Shown one piece after another: positions 1-10,622 of a stretch of DNA of 64,000 bases; position 1 is the stretch's first letter, and every line of letters starts with the position of its first letter. A program made the translations under genes and the position numbers. Below the pieces are notes generated by a model. That model had not been told where the DNA came from, did not search any database, and saw only the letters and a list, made by a program, of their open reading frames with translations. This stretch comes from Flavobacteriaceae bacterium (GTDB lineage Bacteria > Bacteroidota > Bacteroidia > Flavobacteriales > Flavobacteriaceae): positions 1,144 to 65,143 of the forward strand of contig CBFIIL010000003.1 in assembly GCA_965662485.1 (NCBI GenBank). The letters run 5' to 3'.

Positions 1-156
1 AAAAAAATCGTCTATGTGAGTTGCAACAGCGCAACTCAGGCAAGAGATTTGGCTATGATGGATTCAAAATATAAGATCATAAAAACTCAAGCAGTAGACA
101 TGTTTCCACAGACGCATCATGTAGAAAATGTTGTACTTTTGAAAAAAAGAATTTAG
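1..156 (+). CDS. rlmD: 23S rRNA (uracil-5)-methyltransferase RlmD, C-terminal fragment (gene starts before window)
   Basis: Frame 1 reads KIVYVSCNSATQARD...AVDMFPQTHHVENV, the TrmA/RlmD catalytic Cys and C-terminal motifs; stop TAG at 154-156. Confidence 0.9.
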   Translation, partial: KKIVYVSCNSATQARDLAMMDSKYKIIKTQAVDMFPQTHHVENVVLLKKRI

Positions 157-162
157 ATTTTT

Positions 163-666
163 ATGAATAGAATATCTTTTTTATGGATTTTTTTGTTGTT
201 CATCGCTTGTGAACCAGATGATGTATGTAGTGAAAATACACAAACTACCTCTCGCCTTGTTGTAGAGTTTTTTGATATCGGAATTTTAGATGAAACAAAA
301 ACCGTTGGAGGGCTTTTTGCTATTGGTATAGATGCACAAGGCAACGAAGTTGAAATTTCTGGCGAAAGCGTAAGTTCCCGTGATAAAATTGAATTACCTC
401 TCAATGGTACAACAAATCAAACACAATTCAAATTATATAAAAATTACAGTCTTATTAATGATGTCGTACAAGGCAATCCAGACGTAATTACCGTTGCCTA
501 CACCACTTCACCGGTATATGTTTCTCGTGCATGTGGTTACAAAAATGTGTATAATATTCAAGGGTTTAGCATCGAAACGGATAGCGATCTTTGGATGGTA
601 AATGCCGATATTATAGTGAATGATGTAACAAACGAAAATGAAACCCATGTTAAAATATTTCATTAA
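163..666 (+). CDS. Conserved flavobacterial lipoprotein (DUF6452-like)
   Basis: Lipobox-like FIAC followed by EPDDVC; YVSRACGYK motif. Confidence 0.7.
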   Translation: MNRISFLWIFLLFIACEPDDVCSENTQTTSRLVVEFFDIGILDETKTVGGLFAIGIDAQGNEVEISGESVSSRDKIELPLNGTTNQTQFKLYKNYSLINDVVQGNPDVITVAYTTSPVYVSRACGYKNVYNIQGFSIETDSDLWMVNADIIVNDVTNENETHVKIFH

Positions 667-1414
667 TTCCTTTTGTTTTTTATGGATAAGTAGCGTTTCG
701 TTTGCACAAAATGAAACTATCGATACTAGCAACAAAACCTCCACAGATAGTATTATTTTTCAAGACAAATACGGATTACGTTTTGGTGTAGATCTTAGCA
801 AATTTGGACGTACAGCCTTTGAAACAGACTACTCGGGGTTTGAAGTTAATGCAGATTATCGTTTGGGAAGACGCTTGTATGTTGCTGGTGAATTAGGATT
901 TGAAGAAAAAACCACTAAAACAGATTATTTAGATAGCAGTGCTAAAGGAAATTATTTTAAAGCAGGTGTCGATTATAATTTGTATAATAATTGGTTAGGA
1001 ATGGAAAATTTAATCATTAGCGGTCTACGCTTTGGATTATCAAGTTTTAGTCAAACACGAGATCGTTACACTATTTATGATACTAATAGCCAAACTTGGA
1101 CGCAAATTCAAAACAATGAAAGCGTTGAATTTTCAAACCTCACTGCAGCATGGGTAGAACTTATTTTTGGTTTAAAAGCTGAACTTTTTAATAATCTGTT
1201 TTTAGGATTCAATGTGCAATTAAAAGCTAGGATTTCAGAAAAATCACCAGATAATTTCGAGAATTTATATATCCCAGGTTTTGGACGAACATATGATAGT
1301 AGTAAAGTTGGCACAGGGTTCAGCTATACCCTGTCATACCTACTACCAATTTATAAAAAAGACAGAGTAAAAAAAGATGATTCAGAAGATACAGAACAAC
1401 CTCTCGAAGAATAG
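638..1414 (+). CDS. Outer-membrane beta-barrel-like protein (DUF6048-like)
   Basis: Signal peptide ending SFA-Q; alternating beta-strand pattern (YGLRFGVDLS, FSYTLSYLLP). Confidence 0.65.
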   Translation: MKPMLKYFINSFCFLWISSVSFAQNETIDTSNKTSTDSIIFQDKYGLRFGVDLSKFGRTAFETDYSGFEVNADYRLGRRLYVAGELGFEEKTTKTDYLDSSAKGNYFKAGVDYNLYNNWLGMENLIISGLRFGLSSFSQTRDRYTIYDTNSQTWTQIQNNESVEFSNLTAAWVELIFGLKAELFNNLFLGFNVQLKARISEKSPDNFENLYIPGFGRTYDSSKVGTGFSYTLSYLLPIYKKDRVKKDDSEDTEQPLEE

Positions 1415-1425
1415 AAAAAATTTTT

Positions 1426-3117
1426 CTAACGAATCAATTTTTTATATTTAATGCGCTTTGGCATAATATCTCCACCTAGTCGCTGACGTTTATTGGCTTC
1501 ATATTCACTAAAACTACCCTCATAAAAATAGATTTCCGAATTGCCTTCAAAGGCCAAAATATGGGTGCAAATCCGATCTAAAAACCAACGGTCGTGACTA
1601 ATTACAACCGCACACCCAGCAAAGTTCTCTAAACCTTCTTCTAAAGCCCGTAACGTATTAACATCCAAATCATTTGTAGGCTCATCTAATAGTAATACAT
1701 TGCCTTCTTCTTTTAGTGTCATTGCCAAATGAAGACGGTTTCGCTCTCCTCCAGAAAGCAATTTAACTTTTTTGTTTTGCTCACTTCCTGAAAAGTTAAA
1801 ACGACTCAAATAGGCACGAGAATTTACTTGTCTCCCACCCATCACTACAAGCTCCTGTTCGTCACTAAAATTTTGCCAAATCGTTTTTTCTGAATCAATA
1901 TTGGAATGGCTTTGATCAACATAGGCTATTTTTGCTGTTTCACCTACCTTAAATGATCCATTATCGGGAGTTTCCTCGCCCATAATCATCCTAAAAATCG
2001 TGGTCTTTCCTGCACCATTGGGACCAATGACACCAACAATACCTGCTTGTGGTAAATTAAAATTTAAATTATCGTAAAGTAGTTTTTCACCATAAGCCTT
2101 ACTAACACCTTCAGCATCAATAACATTTGTACCTAAACGTGGGCCATTTGGAATATAAATTTCTAGTTTTTCGTCAAGCTGTTTCTGATCTTGATTTAAA
2201 AGTTTATCATAATTCTTTAATCGTGCTTTTTGCTTGGTCTGACGCCCCTTTGCACCTTGTCGTACCCATTCCAACTCGCGTTCCAATGTTTTTTGACGCT
2301 TAGAAGCAGATTTATTTTCTTGAGCCAATCGTTTTGATTTTTGATCTAACCATGATGAATAATTTCCTTTCCAAGGAATACCCTCTCCTCTATCGAGTTC
2401 TAAAATCCATCCTGCCACATTATCCAAAAAATAACGGTCGTGTGTAACCGCAATAACAGTGCCTTTGTACTGCGCCAAATGCTGCTCTAACCAATGAACC
2501 GATTCTGCATCCAAATGGTTGGTAGGCTCATCCAAAAGTAATACATCAGGCTCCTGCAATAGTAAACGGCACAAGGCTACTCTACGACGTTCACCACCAG
2601 AAAGAACACCAATTTTTTTGTCGCCCTCTGGAGTGCGGAGCGCGTCCATAGCAATTTCTAATTTGGTATCAAGTTCCCAAGCATTAGCAGCATCAATTTT
2701 ATCTTGTAATTCAGCTTGACGATTCATAAGCTTTTCCATACGATCAGCATCTGAATAGACTTCTTCCAAACCAAACATATCGTTTATTTTGTTGTACTCG
2801 TCCAAAATGGCTACGGTTTCTGCAGCACCTTCTTTGACCACGTCTAAAACAGTTTTTTCGTTATCCAATTTAGGTTCTTGTTCTAGATAACCAACAGAAT
2901 AATCTTGTGAAAAAACCACATCGCCTTGATAATTTTTGTCAACACCTGCAATGATTTTTAAAAGTGTAGATTTTCCAGAACCATTAAGCCCTAGAATACC
3001 AATTTTAGCCCCATAGAAGAAGCTGAGATATATGTTTTTCAAAACGGGTGAATTGGCACTTTGGAAAGTTTTAGTGACCCCCGACATAGAAAAGATAATT
3101 TTTTTATCGTCGCTCAT
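1426..3117 (-). CDS. ettA: Energy-dependent translational throttle ABC-F ATPase EttA
   Basis: Two ABC domains (GLNGSGKST, GPNGAGKTT; LSGGE twice; DEPTN), no TM segments, LSFFYGAKIG and GNYSSWL typical of EttA. Confidence 0.92.
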   Translation of the reverse strand: MSDDKKIIFSMSGVTKTFQSANSPVLKNIYLSFFYGAKIGILGLNGSGKSTLLKIIAGVDKNYQGDVVFSQDYSVGYLEQEPKLDNEKTVLDVVKEGAAETVAILDEYNKINDMFGLEEVYSDADRMEKLMNRQAELQDKIDAANAWELDTKLEIAMDALRTPEGDKKIGVLSGGERRRVALCRLLLQEPDVLLLDEPTNHLDAESVHWLEQHLAQYKGTVIAVTHDRYFLDNVAGWILELDRGEGIPWKGNYSSWLDQKSKRLAQENKSASKRQKTLERELEWVRQGAKGRQTKQKARLKNYDKLLNQDQKQLDEKLEIYIPNGPRLGTNVIDAEGVSKAYGEKLLYDNLNFNLPQAGIVGVIGPNGAGKTTIFRMIMGEETPDNGSFKVGETAKIAYVDQSHSNIDSEKTIWQNFSDEQELVVMGGRQVNSRAYLSRFNFSGSEQNKKVKLLSGGERNRLHLAMTLKEEGNVLLLDEPTNDLDVNTLRALEEGLENFAGCAVVISHDRWFLDRICTHILAFEGNSEIYFYEGSFSEYEANKRQRLGGDIMPKRIKYKKLIR

Positions 3118-3293
3118 TATACACGTCCTTTTAAGGCATTAAACACCCAGGCAATAGCAAAGAACCCTACGCCAACTGCGGCAAAGCCCCAACCCGCAAC
3201 ATCATCGTAACGAAAAGCACCAAGTGCAATTAGAGAAACACCTACAAATATCATAATAAAAGTGGCCCAAGCCAATACTGTGTTTTTATTCAT
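3117..3293 (-). CDS. Small two-TM membrane protein, 58 aa (not in ORF track)
   Basis: MNKNTVLAWATFIMIFVGVSLIALGAFRYDDVAGWGFAAVGVGFFAIAWVFNALKGRV*; its stop overlaps the ettA start. Confidence 0.8.
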   Translation of the reverse strand: MNKNTVLAWATFIMIFVGVSLIALGAFRYDDVAGWGFAAVGVGFFAIAWVFNALKGRV

Positions 3294-3373
3294 TTTGTAA
3301 TTTTAAAATTTTAGGGAAATTCAAATATCGTGAATTTTAAAACTTTTATTTATGATTTTTCTAAAAAAATTCA

Positions 3374-4096
3374 CTAAAATTTCATTGGAACTTCAATAAA
3401 TAATAGCTGTGAATCCTGGTGTGCAACGATTTCAAACTGATTTAGATTAGAAACTCCCAAGGCATCTCTTTTGTTTAGTTGTTGATTTTCGATTCTTGAA
3501 CTTCCAAAGACTTGCATGACATACACACCATGAGTATTAGATTTTAATTGATACAGGAACTGATCACCTGCGTTCAAATTAATTCTAGAAATTTGGGCAT
3601 TCTGATAAACTTTTAGACTTGTTTCTAATTTAAAATCATCTATAGATTCTACTAAAATTTGTAATTCTCCAGCAGGAACCAGCTCAAAATGTTTTTGATC
3701 ATAGCGTGGTGATACACCTTCTCTATTTGTTAAAATCCAAATCTGAAATAACTTTAAATCCTCTGTTGATGATGCATTCATTTCGGAATGGTAAACACCT
3801 GTTCCTGCTGACATCACTTGAACCTCCCCTGCCTCAACCGTTAGCCACTGTTCTGTCATGGAGTCTTTGTGTTTTAAAACCCCAGACAGTGGTACTGTAA
3901 TAATTTCCATGTTATCATGAGGATGTGTGCCAAAACCCATGCCTGGAGCTATTTTATCATCATTCAAAACACGAAGTGCCCCAAAATTTATTTTATTGGT
4001 ATCAAAAAAGTGTGCAAAACTAAATGAGTGATTAGCTTCTAACCAACCATGATTAACATAGCCACGAGATCTTGATGGGTGAAAAATCATCTTCAT
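3374..4096 (-). CDS. Pirin family protein
   Basis: HGWLEANHSFSFA, GFGTHPHDNMEI, MSAGTGVYHSE metal-binding cupin motifs. Confidence 0.93.
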   Translation of the reverse strand: MKMIFHPSRSRGYVNHGWLEANHSFSFAHFFDTNKINFGALRVLNDDKIAPGMGFGTHPHDNMEIITVPLSGVLKHKDSMTEQWLTVEAGEVQVMSAGTGVYHSEMNASSTEDLKLFQIWILTNREGVSPRYDQKHFELVPAGELQILVESIDDFKLETSLKVYQNAQISRINLNAGDQFLYQLKSNTHGVYVMQVFGSSRIENQQLNKRDALGVSNLNQFEIVAHQDSQLLFIEVPMKF

Positions 4097-4197
4097 AAAA
4101 AGTATTTTAAATTATAATCATCAAGATTTACAAATCTTCGTTAAACTAAATCTAAAAAATGTAGAATATTGTTATTTTTGTTACAAAGATAACTACT

Positions 4198-5826
4198 ATG
4201 GACTTAAACTTCAATAAAAACGAAGACCAGAACAAACTCCTCTTATCCGACCTTAGGAAACGCTTTGCAAAAGTCAAATTAGGCGGTGGGACTTCAAAAA
4301 TTGAAAAACAACATGCCAAGGGTAAAATGACTGCTCGAGAGCGTATAGATTATCTTTTAGATCCAAAATCTGAATCCATTGAAATTGGTGCTTTTGCTGG
4401 CGAGGGCATGTATAGCAATCATGGTGGTTGTCCATCAGGCGGCGTAGTTGTAAAGATTGGATATATTGCAAAAAAGCAATGTGTTGTTGTAGCCAATGAT
4501 GCCACAGTAAAAGCTGGTGCTTGGTTTCCAATTACTGCTAAGAAAAATTTACGTGCACAAGAAATTGCTATAGAAAACAAACTTCCCATTATATATTTAG
4601 TGGATTCTGCAGGAGTTTATTTGCCCATGCAAGATGAAATTTTTCCCGATAAAGAACATTTTGGTCGAATTTTTAGAAACAATGCTATCATGAGTAGTAT
4701 GGGAATCACACAAATTTCGGCCATTATGGGAAGTTGTGTTGCTGGTGGTGCTTACCTCCCTATTATGAGTGATGAAGCTATTATTGTAGATAAAACAGCA
4801 AGTATATTTTTAGCAGGTAGCTATCTGGTAAAAGCGGCGATTGGAGAAAGCATAGATAATGAAACTCTTGGTGGAGCCACAACACATTGCGAAATTAGTG
4901 GTGTTACAGATTACAAAGCCAACAATGATAAAGATGCTTTAGATAAAATTAAATCCATTATGAACAAAATTGGGGCTGCTGAAAATGCTGGATTCAACCG
5001 TATAAAAGCTGTAAAACCCAAAGAAAATCCAGAGGATATTTTTGGTATTTTACCACGTTCTAGAGCCGATCAGTATGATACCTATGAAATTATTAAAAGA
5101 TTGGTTGATGATTCAGAATTTGAAGAATATAAAGCAGGATATGGAAAAACCATCATTACTTGTTATGCACGAATTGATGGCTGGGCTGTTGGGATTGTAG
5201 CCAATCAACGAAAGTTGGTTAAAACCAAAAAAGGAGAAATGCAGTTTGGTGGTGTTATTTATAATGATAGTGCAGACAAAGCCACTCGTTTTATTGCCAA
5301 TTGTAATCAGAAAAAAATTCCATTAGTCTTTTTACAAGACGTAACAGGGTTCATGGTCGGTAGTAAAAGTGAACACGGCGGAATAATAAAAGATGGAGCA
5401 AAAATGGTGAATGCCGTGAGTAACAGTGTTGTTCCAAAATTTACCATTATTACAGGCAATAGCTATGGTGCAGGGAATTATGCGATGTGCGGCAAGGCCT
5501 ACGACCCTAGATTGATTGTAGCTTGGCCTAGCGCCGAATTAGCTGTAATGAGCGGTAATAGTGCTGCTAAGGTATTATTGCAAATAGAAACCGCTGCGCT
5601 TAAGAAACAAGGAAAGAAAATATCTGATCAACAAGAAGCCGAATTACTTTCAAAGATTAAACAAAAATACGACGAACAGGTTTCGCCTTATTATGCGGCG
5701 TCTCACCTTTGGACCGATGCTATAATTAACCCTCTTGATACACGCAAATGGATTAGTATGGGAATTGAAGCGGCAAACCATGCTCCTATTGAAAAAGATT
5801 TTAATTTAGGTGTGATTCAAGTTTAA
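4198..5826 (+). CDS. Acyl-CoA carboxylase carboxyltransferase (beta) subunit, methylcrotonyl-CoA carboxylase-like
   Basis: ANDATVKAGAW, DSAGVYLPMQDEIFPD, GSCVAGGAY, GNSYGAGNYAMCGKAY. Confidence 0.9.
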   Translation: MDLNFNKNEDQNKLLLSDLRKRFAKVKLGGGTSKIEKQHAKGKMTARERIDYLLDPKSESIEIGAFAGEGMYSNHGGCPSGGVVVKIGYIAKKQCVVVANDATVKAGAWFPITAKKNLRAQEIAIENKLPIIYLVDSAGVYLPMQDEIFPDKEHFGRIFRNNAIMSSMGITQISAIMGSCVAGGAYLPIMSDEAIIVDKTASIFLAGSYLVKAAIGESIDNETLGGATTHCEISGVTDYKANNDKDALDKIKSIMNKIGAAENAGFNRIKAVKPKENPEDIFGILPRSRADQYDTYEIIKRLVDDSEFEEYKAGYGKTIITCYARIDGWAVGIVANQRKLVKTKKGEMQFGGVIYNDSADKATRFIANCNQKKIPLVFLQDVTGFMVGSKSEHGGIIKDGAKMVNAVSNSVVPKFTIITGNSYGAGNYAMCGKAYDPRLIVAWPSAELAVMSGNSAAKVLLQIETAALKKQGKKISDQQEAELLSKIKQKYDEQVSPYYAASHLWTDAIINPLDTRKWISMGIEAANHAPIEKDFNLGVIQV

Positions 5827-6873
5827 CGTTTCAAGTGTTTTCTGACGTTGAATTTTTCCTGAACTTGTTTCACAAAATTCTTTTATGAAGTAGATGTTTT
5901 TTGGTCGTTTTTTTGAATCTATATCACTAAAATTTAATTCCAAATCTTGTGAATTTCCTTCAATAATTAAAATTACTTTTTGCCCTAGTAATTGATCGGG
6001 GATTGAAGTAATATAAAACCGATTGTTGATTTGATCTTGAAGGGCTTTCTCTATCTGCTCTGGATATATTTTTATACCCCCTGAATTAATCACATTATCA
6101 AATCGACCTAACCATTTAAAGGAATCATTCGAAACTAGAGTAACAACATCATTTGTGTACAAAACTTCCGGGGTTAGTTTTGGAGCTTTAACCACTAGGC
6201 AACCATTATCATCAACAGCAATTGAAATATCTGGTAAAACTGTAAAGACTCCTTTTCCTTGTGATAAATTTTTTGCAGCTATATGACTGACTGTTTCTGT
6301 CATTCCATAGGTTTCAAAAATTGATGACGGATGCCCTTCCAATTGGTTTTGTAAAGCCCTAGAAACGGGTGCGCCTCCTACAATTAGAGTTTTAATTTGA
6401 TTTAATTTTGAAAAAGAATTATGAACTTGTAATGGCACCATAGCCGAAAAATCATATTGCTTCGTAATGTGCTTCAAAGGACTTGAAGAAGGCTCTATGA
6501 CATCCAATTTTAAACCTAAAACCCATGCACGAACAAACATCATTTTGGCGGCTATATAAGAAAAAGGCAAACAACAAAGTGCAGAATTTTCCGGTAACAA
6601 ATTAAAAAAATCTCCAGTTGCTTTAGCAGAACTGATAAAAGCAGATTTTGGAGCTATAATATGCTTTGGTTTGGATGTTGTTCCAGAAGTCTTTAGGACT
6701 ATATCCTTTGAATCATCAATCCAATTCAGAATAAATTCACCTAAGTGTGTCTCATTTACATTGTCACTTAAAATTAGATTCTCTGCCAAAACTTTTAAGG
6801 AATCCATAGAATAATGAATACCATTCAATTGAAACGCTTCGTTAAAGTTGTTAAAAACGGTGTTTGTGCTCAA
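5806..6873 (-). CDS. menE: O-succinylbenzoate-CoA ligase (short Bacteroidota type)
   Basis: TSGTTSKPK AMP-binding loop, YGMTETVSH, GRFDNVINSGG; within men cluster. Confidence 0.85.
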   Translation of the reverse strand: MSTNTVFNNFNEAFQLNGIHYSMDSLKVLAENLILSDNVNETHLGEFILNWIDDSKDIVLKTSGTTSKPKHIIAPKSAFISSAKATGDFFNLLPENSALCCLPFSYIAAKMMFVRAWVLGLKLDVIEPSSSPLKHITKQYDFSAMVPLQVHNSFSKLNQIKTLIVGGAPVSRALQNQLEGHPSSIFETYGMTETVSHIAAKNLSQGKGVFTVLPDISIAVDDNGCLVVKAPKLTPEVLYTNDVVTLVSNDSFKWLGRFDNVINSGGIKIYPEQIEKALQDQINNRFYITSIPDQLLGQKVILIIEGNSQDLELNFSDIDSKKRPKNIYFIKEFCETSSGKIQRQKTLETLNLNHT

Positions 6874-6876
6874 AAA

Positions 6877-7803
6877 CTAGTTATTAGTTACTGTTCCAAA
6901 TAATTTTTCTTTCCAATTGGTCCATTCATATTTCTTAGCAAAAACAATTAAAAGAATTGGATAAATGACAAAAACAGGAAAAAACACTTCTACATTTGAC
7001 ATTTCTGGATCAGAAATATCTTTTAAAATAGAATGGGTTTGAAATGCTGTCCAATCTGCAGTAAGAAGAAGTGCGGCAATAAGATTATTGGCTGCATGAA
7101 AACCCAAAGCCAATTCTAAACCTTCATCCATAAGAGTCATTATACCCAATAAAAATCCTGTTCCTATATAATGTACCAAAAGGACATAACCCAACTTATC
7201 AATTTCTGGATTTGCAATGTGCAACAATCCAAATAAGGTTGAAGTTAAAATAAGTGGTACCCACCTATTTTTTGCTAAAACTCCAAGGCCTTGCATCAAA
7301 TAGCCTCTAAAAAGATATTCTTCAAAACTTGTTTGTAATGGAATAAAAACAATTGAAATTAATACTAAAATTAGAAATGGGATAGGTTTAAAATTAAAGG
7401 TGTAATTTTCTGGAGAAGAGTAATATTCCAATAAAATAAAAACACACGTTGTTACCCCCCAAACTAGAAAAGCAAACCAAAAACGATTCCAGTCTATTTT
7501 AACCCTAGAAGTTGTAAGACTTCTTAAAGTTTGTTTATGAATATATTTTACGACTAAAAAAACAACCACCAACCCGACAGCAAAAGACAATAGTAATAGA
7601 AAAAGGCTAAGGTTTAAATCAAGAATTGACATCATAGCATCATAATCCAAAGATGATAAATCTCCTCCATTTGCTATTGATTTAGTTATTATTGCAATTA
7701 AAAATGGTATTTGACCAAGCTGTGATCCAATAAAAATAAGAAGAACTCCAACGAGATATAACCACCAATCATGTTCGACTTTAAATGCTTGTTTGATATA
7801 CAT
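6877..7803 (-). CDS. CPBP (Abi/CAAX-like) intramembrane glutamic endopeptidase
   Basis: EEYLFRG, FGLLH, HAANN motifs; many TM helices. Confidence 0.88.
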   Translation of the reverse strand: MYIKQAFKVEHDWWLYLVGVLLIFIGSQLGQIPFLIAIITKSIANGGDLSSLDYDAMMSILDLNLSLFLLLLSFAVGLVVVFLVVKYIHKQTLRSLTTSRVKIDWNRFWFAFLVWGVTTCVFILLEYYSSPENYTFNFKPIPFLILVLISIVFIPLQTSFEEYLFRGYLMQGLGVLAKNRWVPLILTSTLFGLLHIANPEIDKLGYVLLVHYIGTGFLLGIMTLMDEGLELALGFHAANNLIAALLLTADWTAFQTHSILKDISDPEMSNVEVFFPVFVIYPILLIVFAKKYEWTNWKEKLFGTVTNN

Positions 7804-7806
7804 AGT

Positions 7807-8841
7807 TTAAATTTTTAAATTCCACTTTTCTTTTGGGTTGTACTGCAAATTACCATTATTTATTTGTAATGGGGATAAAAAATTATTCGAAAAAAGCATA
7901 CCTGTTCCCAAACCCTGAGGTCTTTTGACATTTAGATTGTAGGTCCATTGTGCAATAGCATTAAGTCCAATATTACTTTCTAATGCGCTTGTAATCCACC
8001 AGCCAATATTTTGGTTTTCAGCTAGATCAATCCACGACTGACTTCCTAAAAATCCACCAACAAGGGTGGGTTTTAAGATGATATAATGAGGATTAATAGT
8101 TTGTAGCAATTGTTTACGTCTTGTTACATCGTGAACTCCAATCAGTTCTTCATCAAGTGCAATGGGAAGTGGTGTTTTATCACAAAGTTTGGCCATTGCA
8201 TCATATTGGCCTTGTTTTATAGGTTGCTCTATCGAATGTAATGCATAATCTGACAAACGCTTGAGTTTTTCCAAAGCATCAGACTCAGAAAAAGCACCAT
8301 TGGCGTCAACACGAATCTCAATGGTTTTAGCATCAAATTCTTTTCTTATGGATTGAATAAGAGCCAACTCCGTTTCAAAATCTATAGCACCGATTTTCAT
8401 TTTTAAACAATCAAATCCTGCATCAAGTTTAGTACGAATCTGAGATTTTATAAACTGCTTATCCCCCATCCAAATCAATCCATTAATGGGTATAGAGTCC
8501 TTACCCTCTGTAAATTTTGATGGAAATAAAACATGTGAAGATTTTGCTTTTAAATCTAAAAAAGCCATTTCTAAACCAAATTGAATTGAAGGGAATTCTA
8601 TCAATTTTTTTAATAAATTTTCTAAACCCAAATTGATATGATCGCAAACCCATTGTAATGTTTGCTCAAAATCAGGTCTATCATCACAACTCAATCCACG
8701 AAACATTCCACACTCTCCTATGCCATTAAAATTTTTATTTTCAATGTTGATAAACCATGTATCTTTTGTGGTTAATACGCCTCTAGAAGTCCCACTAGCT
8801 TGTTTAAATTGTAATTGATATTTATAAAACGAGGCTTTCAT
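7807..8841 (-). CDS. menC: o-succinylbenzoate synthase
   Basis: Enolase superfamily KMKIG, RVDANG, IEQP, ALDEEL; men cluster context. Confidence 0.88.
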   Translation of the reverse strand: MKASFYKYQLQFKQASGTSRGVLTTKDTWFINIENKNFNGIGECGMFRGLSCDDRPDFEQTLQWVCDHINLGLENLLKKLIEFPSIQFGLEMAFLDLKAKSSHVLFPSKFTEGKDSIPINGLIWMGDKQFIKSQIRTKLDAGFDCLKMKIGAIDFETELALIQSIRKEFDAKTIEIRVDANGAFSESDALEKLKRLSDYALHSIEQPIKQGQYDAMAKLCDKTPLPIALDEELIGVHDVTRRKQLLQTINPHYIILKPTLVGGFLGSQSWIDLAENQNIGWWITSALESNIGLNAIAQWTYNLNVKRPQGLGTGMLFSNNFLSPLQINNGNLQYNPKEKWNLKI

Positions 8842-8854
8842 TTATATTAATTTA

Positions 8855-9772
8855 TCAAGAGTGAAGGTTTTCAATAATCAGTGCCACAGCAAATAAGAGC
8901 GCCAAAACGAAGGTTGACAATGCTACACGTTTTAGATGAGGGTCAAAGTCTTTTGGATTCTTAATAAAAAAAACAGCCTTTAAATGAAATAGTAAAGGTA
9001 AAAATGCAATCCAACTCAAATACATGATTTTTGAGTATGATATTGAAAATTGAAAAATCAACATTAATACGATTGCAGAAAGTATCAAGGCGAAATGATA
9101 TATTTTTGATGACTTCATCCCTAAATATCCAGCCAATGTAATTTTATTAGATTTCAAATCAGTTTCTAAATCTCTCATGTTATTTAAATTCAAAACAGCA
9201 GCACTAAGACATCCAATTGCAGTTGCTGGAATTAGTAGCATCGAATCTAGATCTTTAGCAAATAAAAAATACGTCCCCATAACGCTAAGCCAACCAAAAA
9301 ATAAAAACACCATCAAATCGCCAAGAGCCCTGTAACCATAGGCCGATTTTCCAACGGTATAGGTGATTGCTGCATATATTGAAATTGCCCCTAAAACAAT
9401 GAAAATTAATGAATTAAATAGTTGACTAACTCCAAAAGCCATATACGTCAAAAGAAGGGCTAAAATTGCACTCAATATTGCGTTTATGATTACAGCATTT
9501 TTCATTTGTTTTGGGGAAATCGCACCACTTTGTAAGGCGCGTTCTGGTCCAATTCTTGAGTTATTGTCTGTCCCTTTGATACCATCGCCATAGTCGTTGG
9601 CTAAATTTGATAAAATTTGAAAACTAAGCGTTGTAAGAATTATAAAAATAAAAATTAGTATATCGAAAAAACCTGAGAAGTATGCATAACTTGAACCTAC
9701 AACCGCTCCTGAAATGGAAAGCGGCAAGGTGCGTAATCGAAACGCTGAAATCCAAGTTTTTAGTCGCGCCAT
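8855..9772 (-). CDS. menA: 1,4-dihydroxy-2-naphthoate prenyltransferase
   Basis: RLRTLPLS, NLANDYGDGIKGTD, NNMRDLETD UbiA/MenA motifs. Confidence 0.93.
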   Translation of the reverse strand: MARLKTWISAFRLRTLPLSISGAVVGSSYAYFSGFFDILIFIFIILTTLSFQILSNLANDYGDGIKGTDNNSRIGPERALQSGAISPKQMKNAVIINAILSAILALLLTYMAFGVSQLFNSLIFIVLGAISIYAAITYTVGKSAYGYRALGDLMVFLFFGWLSVMGTYFLFAKDLDSMLLIPATAIGCLSAAVLNLNNMRDLETDLKSNKITLAGYLGMKSSKIYHFALILSAIVLMLIFQFSISYSKIMYLSWIAFLPLLFHLKAVFFIKNPKDFDPHLKRVALSTFVLALLFAVALIIENLHS

Positions 9773-9773
9773 A

Positions 9774-10613
9774 CTACGGAATCCATTTTTTATTAAAATT
9801 TGGTGGACGTTTTTCTAAAAATGCATCTCTTCCCTCTTTGGCTTCATCGGTCATGTAGGCCAATCGAGTGGCTTCTCCTGCAAAAACTTGTTGGCCAACC
9901 ATACCATCATCTGTTAGGTTCATGGCAAACTTTAGCATTTTTATTGAAATTGGTGATTTTTCTAAAATTTCTTGTGCCCATTCAAAGGCTGTTTGTTCTA
10001 ATTTTTCGTGAGGAATCACCGCATTAACCATACCCATTTCATAAGCCTCTTGTGCAGAATAGTTTCTTCCTAAAAAGAAAATTTCACGTGCTTTTTTTTG
10101 ACCAACCATCTTAGCTAAATATGCAGATCCATAACCACCATCAAAACTAGTAACGTCAGCATCGGTTTGTTTAAAAATTGCGTGTTCTTGACTCGCTAAT
10201 GTCAAATCGCAAACAACATGTAAACTATGCCCACCTCCAACAGCCCAACCAGATACAACAGCAATCACAGCTTTTGGCATAAAACGAATAAGTCGTTGGA
10301 CCTCTAAAATATTCAATCGGTGATAACCATCTTTTCCTACATAGCCTTCTTGTCCTCGTGCTTTTTGATCGCCACCACTACAAAAAGAAAATACGCCATC
10401 TTTTGGCGATGGTCCTTCTGAACTTAACAAGACAACTCCAATGGAAGTATCTTCGTTGGCATCATGAAAAGCAGTTAATAATTCTGACGTTGTTTGAGGA
10501 CGAAATGCATTTCTTACTTCTGGACGATTGAATGCTATTCGCGCTACCCCATCACACTTTTTGTAAGTAATATCTTCAAATTCAATTGCAGTTTTCCATT
10601 GTATTGTACTCAT
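9774..10613 (-). CDS. menB: 1,4-dihydroxy-2-naphthoyl-CoA synthase
   Basis: FCSGGDQK, GGGHSLHVVCDLT, SFDGGYG, EGRDAFLEKR. Confidence 0.96.
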   Translation of the reverse strand: MSTIQWKTAIEFEDITYKKCDGVARIAFNRPEVRNAFRPQTTSELLTAFHDANEDTSIGVVLLSSEGPSPKDGVFSFCSGGDQKARGQEGYVGKDGYHRLNILEVQRLIRFMPKAVIAVVSGWAVGGGHSLHVVCDLTLASQEHAIFKQTDADVTSFDGGYGSAYLAKMVGQKKAREIFFLGRNYSAQEAYEMGMVNAVIPHEKLEQTAFEWAQEILEKSPISIKMLKFAMNLTDDGMVGQQVFAGEATRLAYMTDEAKEGRDAFLEKRPPNFNKKWIP

Positions 10614-10622
10614 AATTCGGTG

